Shown piece by piece: positions 1-6,614 of a stretch of DNA of 10,649 bases. Position 1 is the first letter of the stretch. Every line of letters starts with the position of its first letter. Origin of the DNA: Promethearchaeota archaeon Loki_b31 (GTDB lineage Archaea > Asgardarchaeota > Lokiarchaeia > Sigyniarchaeales > SOKP01). The stretch is taken from NCBI GenBank assembly GCA_005222975.1, contig NJBI01000085.1, positions 1-10,649 on the forward strand, in the 5' to 3' direction. The translations under genes and the position numbers were made by a program. Below the pieces are notes generated by a model. The model did no database searches. It was not told the origin of the DNA and saw only the letters and a program-made list of their open reading frames with translations.

Positions 1-354
1 AATAAATTCGATTTAATATTATTTGAATACCTTGAAAACCTTGAAGGAATCGCTTTTATTAAAAACTTAATTGAAACTTGGAAGAGAGATCGGCGTAATA
101 GTAATAAATTTCCTCTATTGGGGCTTGCTCATTTTGATCCTTCTTTTTTTATGTTAGGTGGTTTCGATGTTTTGTTAGGTTTTTTAAAACAATATAACAT
201 AATAATTGAGTTTAATTCGAGTTATCCTCGTTTTTACTCTCGGAAATACGAAACTTTTTTTAATAAATTGAAAAAAAGTGGTATTATGGTTTCAATTGGA
301 TGTGATTCTCATCATTTGTCTAATATAAAAGATGTTGAGGGGCGTATGAGATGA
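1..354 (+). CDS. PHP-domain (polymerase/histidinol phosphatase-like) metal-dependent phosphoesterase, 5'-partial; true C-terminus may extend to 422 via a frameshift
   Basis: Frame 1 is open from base 1 (NKFDLILFEYLEN...), so the gene starts upstream of the window rather than at 118. It has PHP-type motifs LAH, IEFNSSY and the terminal SIGCDSH (GxDxH). Confidence 0.75.
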   Translation, partial: NKFDLILFEYLENLEGIAFIKNLIETWKRDRRNSNKFPLLGLAHFDPSFFMLGGFDVLLGFLKQYNIIIEFNSSYPRFYSRKYETFFNKLKKSGIMVSIGCDSHHLSNIKDVEGRMR

Positions 355-434
355 TAAAATACCACTATTTAGAGGATAATCTAAAAAATTTAATTAATTC
401 CTTGGAAATGAGAAAAAATTAAAAACGGGGGATA

Positions 435-827
435 TTATCTATGGATTCTGTTGAGATAACCCAAATAAAATTTAAAGGCTCTTTCAAACGCGATATCAAT
501 TAATATTTCGCTTTGTTCTTTAGGATACGATAACATACCTTTTAAGCGTTCTCTACCAATGTTAAATATTTCCTTAAAAGCTTTTAATTTGTCAGAAATA
601 GGGAAATTAGCGATCTCAGCAGCTGGCATATTATGTTTCATTTGCCATTCGTTTAAAGCAAACCAAGTAGTGCTTCTCATTGCTAGTTCGGGTATTGAGA
701 TTTGCTCACAAACGAGATTCGTTATTACTTTTATCAACTTTAACTGTTCTGGTTTAAAATTAATTCTTGCGTAATCAATTTGAATGCTTATAATCTCATC
801 TTTATTAAAATTTAACGCATATGTCAA
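435..827 (-). CDS. Hypothetical protein, 130 aa, probably mostly helical
   Basis: TTG start preceded by AGGTTGAG (SD-like). Protein-like composition. It fills the gap between neighbours and has a TATA-like box at 874-881 on the minus strand. No family motif recognised. Confidence 0.7.
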   Translation of the reverse strand: MTYALNFNKDEIISIQIDYARINFKPEQLKLIKVITNLVCEQISIPELAMRSTTWFALNEWQMKHNMPAAEIANFPISDKLKAFKEIFNIGRERLKGMLSYPKEQSEILIDIAFERAFKFYLGYLNRIHR

Positions 828-873
828 AATATACTCAACCTAAATTATCCTATATAATATTTCTACCTTCGTG

Positions 874-926
874 AATATAAAGGTATAATTATTCTCAAAA
901 AATGAATTAAAATTTACCTTTATAAA
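874..926. promoter_or_regulatory. Back-to-back divergent TATA boxes forming a 10-bp perfect inverted repeat
   Basis: TATAAAGGTA (876-885) and TACCTTTATA (915-924) are exact reverse complements. They read as TACC-TTTATA(TT) on the minus strand toward the 827 gene and TACC-TTTATA(AA) on the plus strand toward the 1035 gene. Confidence 0.5.
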
Positions 927-1034
927 GTAACTGATAAATTTGGATAAACACGTCAATATTTAGAATTTATTTTTATAAGAGCAGTAAAGGAACTAAATGA
1001 ATTACTTTTTATTTACAAAAATTATTTTATTTGT

Positions 1035-1790
1035 ATGGAACTAGAAGAAAAAATTGAATTAGCCGCAACTTGGATTTTCGAATCAAAAAACTTAGTAATA
1101 TTTACTGGTGCCGGGATCAGCACAGATAGCGGTCTACCGGATTATCGTGGGCCAGATGGGGTATGGACTCGTCGCGACAAGGGTCTTCCACCTCCAAAAT
1201 CTCCTCCTTGGGACCAAGTTCGACCGAATCAAGGACATCACGCAATTGTGGAACTGTTAAAGATGGGGAAACTTGATTACCTAATTTCTCAGAATGTAGA
1301 TGGACTCCACGCGAAATCTGGGATTCCTTTCGAAAAACTTGCAGAACTCCACGGTAATTTATATTTCATGCAATGTTTGAATTGTGGAAAAAAATTAACA
1401 TTTGAAGATGCGGGATGGGACAAAAAGGAATGGGGTCAAGGATATAGGACGGGAAATGTTCGAAAAAATCAACCAAAATGTCCCAATTGTGAAGGGAGGC
1501 TTATTTCAAGTATAGTTAACTTTGGAGATTCTTTACCAATGGACGAACTCGAAGAATCAATGAGAAGATCTGAAAAAGCGGATGTATTTTTTGTAATTGG
1601 CTCATCTTTAGTTGTAACACCGGCGGCAAGTATGCCTGGAATTGCGTGGAGAAATGGCGCAAAATTAATAATTTTAAATATGGGCGAAACTCCTTACGAC
1701 GACGAAGCTGACTTGAGATTTTTTGAGCAGATTGGAGAAGTTCTTCCTAATATTGTTGATAGAGTAAAAGAAATGGCAAATAAAAATTAG
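1035..1790 (+). CDS. cobB: NAD-dependent protein deacylase, Sir2/sirtuin family, class IV (SIRT6/SIRT7)-like architecture
   Basis: Motifs [30 protein letters not shown], catalytic ELHGN, Zn-binding CLNC...CPNC, FGD, IGSSLVV and LNMGETPYD. cobB is only the generic prokaryotic sirtuin symbol. Confidence 0.95.
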   Translation: [251 protein letters not shown]

Positions 1791-1804
1791 TAATTAATTA
1801 CTCA

Positions 1805-1824
1805 GTTTTGATTTTTTTATTTTT
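1805..1824 (+). terminator. Possible archaeal oligo-T terminator after the sirtuin gene
   Basis: GTTTTGATTTTTTTATTTTT lies about 15 nt after the TAG stop. Weak evidence in an AT-rich genome. Confidence 0.3.
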
Positions 1825-1829
1825 ATGAT

Positions 1830-2663
1830 ATGGTATTTTTTATGAGAACTATTGATGAAAAACAGATTAAAAAGATAAAAGAGTTTGTTTTTAAAAATGG
1901 AAGACTTCTTGAAAGAAGATTATTTTCATTTTTTTTTGAAAATGGAAATAAAGATGCCGTTATTAAGGCTTTAGTGGCATATCAGAATATGGATGGAGGC
2001 TTTGGTAATGGAATTGAACCAGATATATTGTGTCCAGACAGTACTGCTATTGGTGCTGAAACTGCAATGTATATTCTTGATCTCTTGGAATATGTAAATA
2101 ATGAAATCACAGATCAATTATTTAACTGGATTATTAAAGAACAGAATGAAGAAGGATATATTAACCATCCTCCTAAAAATATGTATAATTATCCATTTCA
2201 AGAATGGTGGAGTGGTCCTGATGAGCTAAGAATATTGGCTTTATCAGGCTTTCTTAAAAAGTGGGGATTAAAAGACGCTACTTTTTTTAAAAAAGTAAAA
2301 TATTTTTATTCAAACAGCTCTCTTCCTAAGGAATTCACTTTTTATGAGTATCCTTATTTTATATATCTGAAATACTTAGGAGAAAACAAAGAGGAAAAAA
2401 AGATGCTACAACATATTGTCAACCAACTCCCGAGTATTTTTGAAAAAAATAAAGAACACTATCCATTATTTGGTCGACATTGGTATCATGCTCTCGATAT
2501 TTTGGATAAAAATATGCTACAAGATGAAGCAGATAATTTTTTTAATGGTCTTAAAGACGATGGTGGTCTTAAAATAATTTATCAGAACTTTCCTTGGTGG
2601 AGACCAATATGGACTTTAGATGGTTTAATATTGTTGAAGAAATCAGGTATGATTGAATTTTAA
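1830..2663 (+). CDS. Uncharacterised alpha/alpha-toroid protein of the terpenoid cyclase/prenyltransferase-repeat superfamily; start may be ATG 1842
   Basis: N-terminal GRLLERRLF and YQNMDGGFGNGIEPD, plus further QW-like repeats EQNEEGYI and LKDDGGL. C-terminal WWRPIWTLDGL. Confidence 0.7.
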   Translation: MVFFMRTIDEKQIKKIKEFVFKNGRLLERRLFSFFFENGNKDAVIKALVAYQNMDGGFGNGIEPDILCPDSTAIGAETAMYILDLLEYVNNEITDQLFNWIIKEQNEEGYINHPPKNMYNYPFQEWWSGPDELRILALSGFLKKWGLKDATFFKKVKYFYSNSSLPKEFTFYEYPYFIYLKYLGENKEEKKMLQHIVNQLPSIFEKNKEHYPLFGRHWYHALDILDKNMLQDEADNFFNGLKDDGGLKIIYQNFPWWRPIWTLDGLILLKKSGMIEF

Positions 2664-2863
2664 TTTATAATTTACTTCATTTTATTTCGGCATATATTAA
2701 CTTAAGCTGAAGTATTATATTTCTCTATTCTTTTAATCTATTGCGCTTAAGGGGAATTTAAAAAAAAACTTAAATACAGAGATGACATAATTAAGCATTA
2801 GAATAAAATCATCTAAAAATCAAATTTATAAAAAAAATAAATAAAAATAAGAGAAAATATAAA

Positions 2864-3244
2864 ATGAAAGATATAGCTGTTATTTTGGAAAATCGTCCCG
2901 GAGCACTAGCTGATATGGGAGAAGTTCTAGGCAAAAATGGTATAAACATGGAAGGATTATGTGGAATTCCCTTTAAGGATGGAGCTATCGTTCACATTTT
3001 GGTTGAAGATGAAACAGTTACTCGTTATGTACTCGAATCAGCAGGTTTTAAAGTAAGTGCTGTGCGTGAAGTGATTGTCATGAGTATAGGTCATAATGCG
3101 GGAAAACCCAGTTCTGGTGGGAAGATGACTCGTAAAATAGGCAATGTTGGCGTTAATATTGACCTAATCTACTTTGCTGAAAATAACAAGATAGTCATTG
3201 GAGTTGATGATATAAATAGAGCCCGAAATGCATTAGCTAAATAA
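2864..3244 (+). CDS. Stand-alone tandem ACT-domain (amino-acid-binding) protein
   Basis: LENRPGALADMGEVLGKNGINMEG is a typical ACT signature. A second, more diverged repeat reads KPSSGGKMTRKIGNVGVNIDLIY. Confidence 0.85.
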   Translation: MKDIAVILENRPGALADMGEVLGKNGINMEGLCGIPFKDGAIVHILVEDETVTRYVLESAGFKVSAVREVIVMSIGHNAGKPSSGGKMTRKIGNVGVNIDLIYFAENNKIVIGVDDINRARNALAK

Positions 3245-3275
3245 TTAGAATGAGTATTTTTATGGAATGAAAGTC

Positions 3276-4946
3276 TTATTTTAAAATTCCATAAAATTTT
3301 TTATTTCTATCGTATTCTTTTAGAACTTTTCTCCCTTCTTTGTTTGAAAGAGAAAGCGTTATGTTGCTAGAACGACTCAATGACCCTGTAAAGACTTCTT
3401 GATCATCAGCAAAAACAACAATATTTCTACTGGCAAATTCCGGATTTGCTTTTAATATTACTTTTTGCTTTTTTATTTCAACATCTAACTCAATTCGCGT
3501 CTCTTTTCTATCTTTAGTAATTTGTCGCCCTTTATAATGCTCTTTAGTTTTAAAAGAATCCTTAAGGCCAATAGGATTTATTGGATTAATTACTATATCT
3601 TGACCGAACGAATAAATTTCGTAAGCAAGACGATCCGTTTTAAAATCTCTAACTTCCACAACGGGTCTTGCCAAATCTTTGTCTCTAAATCCATGAGGTA
3701 CTTTAACGGTCATTTTGAGGGTTAGAACAGCAGAGATGTCTCCTCCTTCAATAAATATAATAGTATCTATTATTGACGGGAGCATTCCAAGCTCTATTCG
3801 ACCAATGAACCGCTGTATTGCGTCGATGGCTGAGGAAGAATGAACTACACCTACCATTCCAACGCCCGATAATCGAAAATCAGAATAAATCTTAAAATCT
3901 TCAAAGACACGAACTTCGTCGAAAATTGTATAATCTGGTCTAACTAAAAGAAGGATATCAGCAGAATTTTCAAGGCTTCCTTCTAGTTTGGTGTATTGCG
4001 TAATTTCGGGTCTAACTTGTAAATCTCGGACACTTTCTAAAGTTTTTACTACTTTATTTTGTTCTAAATAAAAATTTGCTAATGCAGCTGAAAATGTGCT
4101 CTTACCTGCTCCGGGAGCTCCAGCTACTAAAATACCTTCTGCTTTTTCTAATCTTTTATGTAATCGAGCATCAATTGAATAATCTGATAATGTGAGATTA
4201 ACAAGCGGATGGACAGCAGTAATTTCAACAACGTTAGAAAACGGAGGGCGCGTTATTACTATTCTAAATTCTCGTAATTGAGCAACGACGGCACCAAACT
4301 TCTCTATTTCCACGAACGAGCGCTCGTCCTCCCTTACCATTTCAATTATTTCCATTGCGATATCTTCTATGTCTTTTGCTGTTAAGGGTTCCTCACTTAT
4401 TTTTTGTAAGTACCAGTTTCCAGGACTTCCTTTCTTAGCGTAAGGGGGTAGATCTTGTTTAAGATGGACGCTCATGGTGGTGTCATCAAAAAAATCTAGT
4501 AATCTAAGCGAAGAAGGCTCGATTTTTCTAGGAAATGCTTTTTCTTTTACATACATAACATCTAAGCCTTCAAAAACACCAACATCGCCTTGAATTCGAT
4601 CTGCCGTGATTAAAGTCGCATTAATTTTTAAGGCACTTTCTCTAATTAGAGCATCTAACTCTCCTCCCGGTGCCATTTTTATTTCATCTCTTATAGGGCG
4701 TTTACCGCTTATATGAAGTACCACTTTATTTTCATTATGGAGCTTTCGTAATTCTTTTAATACATTTAAGCCATAAAACCCAATTTCTCTCTGGATATTT
4801 GTCCGGTATTCCACTTCTGCGACAACAACATTTGAAATGTAAACTTCTGGCTTTTCTCCTAATTCTCCGTCTTCTATTAGATTTAATATAAGGCCGTTAA
4901 AGATTACGGAAGTATCGCAGGCAAATTTATTTGGCATATTAATCAT
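3276..4946 (-). CDS. PINc/VapC-family ATPase (archaeal PINA-like: PIN domain + P-loop ATPase); start may be ATG 4937
   Basis: PIN acidic residues in CDTSV, VAEVE, ELDAL and ITAD. Family motif FFDDTTMSVHLK, Walker A GAPGAGKST, LLVRPDYTIFDE (Walker B), GMVGVVH, DLARPVVEVRDF. Confidence 0.93.
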   Translation of the reverse strand: MINMPNKFACDTSVIFNGLILNLIEDGELGEKPEVYISNVVVAEVEYRTNIQREIGFYGLNVLKELRKLHNENKVVLHISGKRPIRDEIKMAPGGELDALIRESALKINATLITADRIQGDVGVFEGLDVMYVKEKAFPRKIEPSSLRLLDFFDDTTMSVHLKQDLPPYAKKGSPGNWYLQKISEEPLTAKDIEDIAMEIIEMVREDERSFVEIEKFGAVVAQLREFRIVITRPPFSNVVEITAVHPLVNLTLSDYSIDARLHKRLEKAEGILVAGAPGAGKSTFSAALANFYLEQNKVVKTLESVRDLQVRPEITQYTKLEGSLENSADILLLVRPDYTIFDEVRVFEDFKIYSDFRLSGVGMVGVVHSSSAIDAIQRFIGRIELGMLPSIIDTIIFIEGGDISAVLTLKMTVKVPHGFRDKDLARPVVEVRDFKTDRLAYEIYSFGQDIVINPINPIGLKDSFKTKEHYKGRQITKDRKETRIELDVEIKKQKVILKANPEFASRNIVVFADDQEVFTGSLSRSSNITLSLSNKEGRKVLKEYDRNKKFYGILK

Positions 4947-5544
4947 CGAGAGTTTCTATTTTATTAATAATTTCGAATTTATTCACGCTATAATATATCG
5001 GTTTACTCAATCTATCAACAGTAGCAACAATCAGGTCTTTACGAGAGCTCATTGCTACGCGAGACATTTTATCCAATTCTTTCAAATCTATTGGATACCC
5101 TTCAAATACGGGGTAAATCAAGAACTTAGCGGAATCCTTTTCGAAGTCAGCCCCTCGCTTATACACTCGAAAGTCAATGCCTTCTCCATATCCTGCTCGA
5201 ACAATATATCCCCTTTTTCGCAAATCCATATAAATAATATATTTTTGCCACAGACGATCGTCAAACCGGCTGAAGTACTCTAGTAAACCCTCAAAATCGT
5301 ATAGAGCATTTTTCTTATCATTTTCAAGATACAGTAAAATCCGATTTCTTTCGCATAAGAGTAATACTTCAATAGGCTCTAAGACTAAAATATCTTCAGC
5401 GTCATCTTTTTTTATGAGCGTACCAATATAAGAGTTATTATAAAATTCTTCAATGCACTCCTTGTCTGAAATTATAACCTTATCGTCCTCAATAATTCCT
5501 TCAAATTGGACTTTTTCAGCTTTTTCATTAGTTTTTTCGTTCAT
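4939..5544 (-). CDS. endA: tRNA-splicing endonuclease family protein, probably a non-catalytic (structural, beta-type) subunit
   Basis: LEPIEVLLL in the N-domain; IYMDLRKRGYIVRAG..GIDFRVY, RVAMSSRK and IVATVD...IYY in the C-domain. The catalytic Tyr and His positions are Glu and Ser. Confidence 0.88.
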   Translation of the reverse strand: MNEKTNEKAEKVQFEGIIEDDKVIISDKECIEEFYNNSYIGTLIKKDDAEDILVLEPIEVLLLCERNRILLYLENDKKNALYDFEGLLEYFSRFDDRLWQKYIIYMDLRKRGYIVRAGYGEGIDFRVYKRGADFEKDSAKFLIYPVFEGYPIDLKELDKMSRVAMSSRKDLIVATVDRLSKPIYYSVNKFEIINKIETLDD

Positions 5545-5571
5545 GTTCTATTATGTCATAGCATTTCATAA

Positions 5572-5592
5572 TTAAAGAATTTAATTCTTTAA
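5572..5592. repeat. Perfect 21-bp palindrome (10-1-10) overlapping the putative endA promoter
   Basis: TTAAAGAATT-T-AATTCTTTAA. It overlaps minus-strand TTTAATTA (5576-5569), about 25 nt upstream of the endA ATG. Confidence 0.75.
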
Positions 5593-5620
5593 ACGAATAG
5601 AACTCCAAGATTAGGAAAGC

Positions 5621-5653
5621 AAAAAAAAAGAATAGGCTCAAATTTAAATGAGT
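5621..5653 (-). terminator. Probable terminator of the MFS-SDR transcript
   Basis: The minus strand reads ACTCA-TTTAAATT-TGAGC (weak hairpin), then CTATTC and a run of 9 T (5629-5621), starting about 26 nt after the SDR stop. Confidence 0.45.
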
Positions 5654-5679
5654 TTTATATTAAAGTTTTTTTTGTAAAA

Positions 5680-6561
5680 TTATTTCGATGATTTAATTAA
5701 AAAATCGACTAATTTTCCTAATTTTTTAACATTAGCATATATTTTAGGTGATTTTTCTTCCAAATAGGCCTTAAAAACTTCCCAACTTTCAGTTTTATCG
5801 GAAGGTGCTTTAGATAAAAACTTCTTAACTTCAGCAAAATCGCTAGAATATATTAGAGCATTATCCACTCTATTAGCATAATCGCTTAATAGAAATAAGT
5901 AATAATCGTTGAGATCCCAAGGATTCATAACATAATCTGGTTTGCTTCCATCTCCAGCTTTTCTGCCCCTTAGCATTCGTGTGTCTACTTGTGTTGGCAA
6001 AACCATGTTAAAATTAATATTTTCTTTTTTGTATTCAGCAACTAAAACGCTTTGGATTCCTACAACGGCATATTTAGCGGCTACATAAGCGGTAAATTTA
6101 GGCATAGCCATTGGATAAGCAGCGCTCCCAGTAATTATAAACATCGCTTTTTCATTTTTATCGTCTTTTTTCAAATAAGGATACGCGGCTTTAAAAGTAT
6201 GAAATACGCCTAAGACATTTACATTTATTATGTTCGCAAATCTTTCATTATCAAATTCGTGTGTATTACCCATCCGAGAAGCGCCTGCGTTGGCGACAAC
6301 CCCATTTAATAACCCAAGATTATCGTGAAAAAATTTAAACGCATCAGCAACTTCATCGTAATTTGTGACATCAGCAGTTTTAACGGCGATATTAACGCCA
6401 GACCCTAAAGCTTCGATTTCTTGCTTTGTATTAATTATTTCTTCAAGTGTTCTTGCTAATAGTCCAATATTAGCGCCTTCTCTTGCGCAAGCTATAGCTA
6501 CTGCTTTTCCAATACCTCTTCCCGATCCAGTAACTATTACATTTTTACCTTTTAATAACAT
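5680..6561 (-). CDS. Short-chain dehydrogenase/reductase (classical SDR, likely NADP(H)-preferring) with a C-terminal extension
   Basis: TGSGRGIG, ADVT, ANAG, catalytic Ser (TGSA), YVAAK and VDTRM. Arg after beta-2 (LLART) suggests NADP(H). Confidence 0.92.
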   Translation of the reverse strand: MLLKGKNVIVTGSGRGIGKAVAIACAREGANIGLLARTLEEIINTKQEIEALGSGVNIAVKTADVTNYDEVADAFKFFHDNLGLLNGVVANAGASRMGNTHEFDNERFANIINVNVLGVFHTFKAAYPYLKKDDKNEKAMFIITGSAAYPMAMPKFTAYVAAKYAVVGIQSVLVAEYKKENINFNMVLPTQVDTRMLRGRKAGDGSKPDYVMNPWDLNDYYLFLLSDYANRVDNALIYSSDFAEVKKFLSKAPSDKTESWEVFKAYLEEKSPKIYANVKKLGKLVDFLIKSSK

Positions 6562-6614
6562 AATAAAAAAATAGTAGAGTAAAAAAAAAAATTAACTAAA
6601 TTTTATGATTTAAT

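Noticed and set aside
352-357. TGA at the end of the PHP ORF as a selenocysteine or read-through codon
   Set aside because: It is followed immediately by in-frame TAA, so read-through adds nothing. A frameshift explains the region better.
559-774. 71-aa plus-strand ORF
   Set aside because: Antisense shadow inside the 435-827 gene, with no motif.
1035-1790. Sirtuin as an anti-phage NADase (Thoeris, DSR, Sir2-HerA, short pAgo)
   Set aside because: It has the Zn ribbon and full deacylase motif set of housekeeping sirtuins, and no defence partner genes are adjacent.
2780-2814. AGATGA-N23-TCATCT and similar 6-7 bp inverted pairs upstream of the ACT gene
   Set aside because: Arms are too short and spacers too long to distinguish from chance in AT-rich DNA.
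3522-3725. 67-aa plus-strand ORF
   Set aside because: Antisense shadow of the PINA gene.
3276-4946. VapC toxin-antitoxin module or type IV pilus/secretion ATPase
   Set aside because: The PIN domain is fused to the ATPase in the conserved archaeal PINA architecture. There is no antitoxin, pilin or TadC-like gene nearby.
5545-5603. Canonical bulge-helix-bulge splice site or tRNA in the endA leader
   Set aside because: There is no 3-4-3 geometry (the 3-nt segment lies opposite a 19-nt loop) and no cloverleaf or T-loop consensus.
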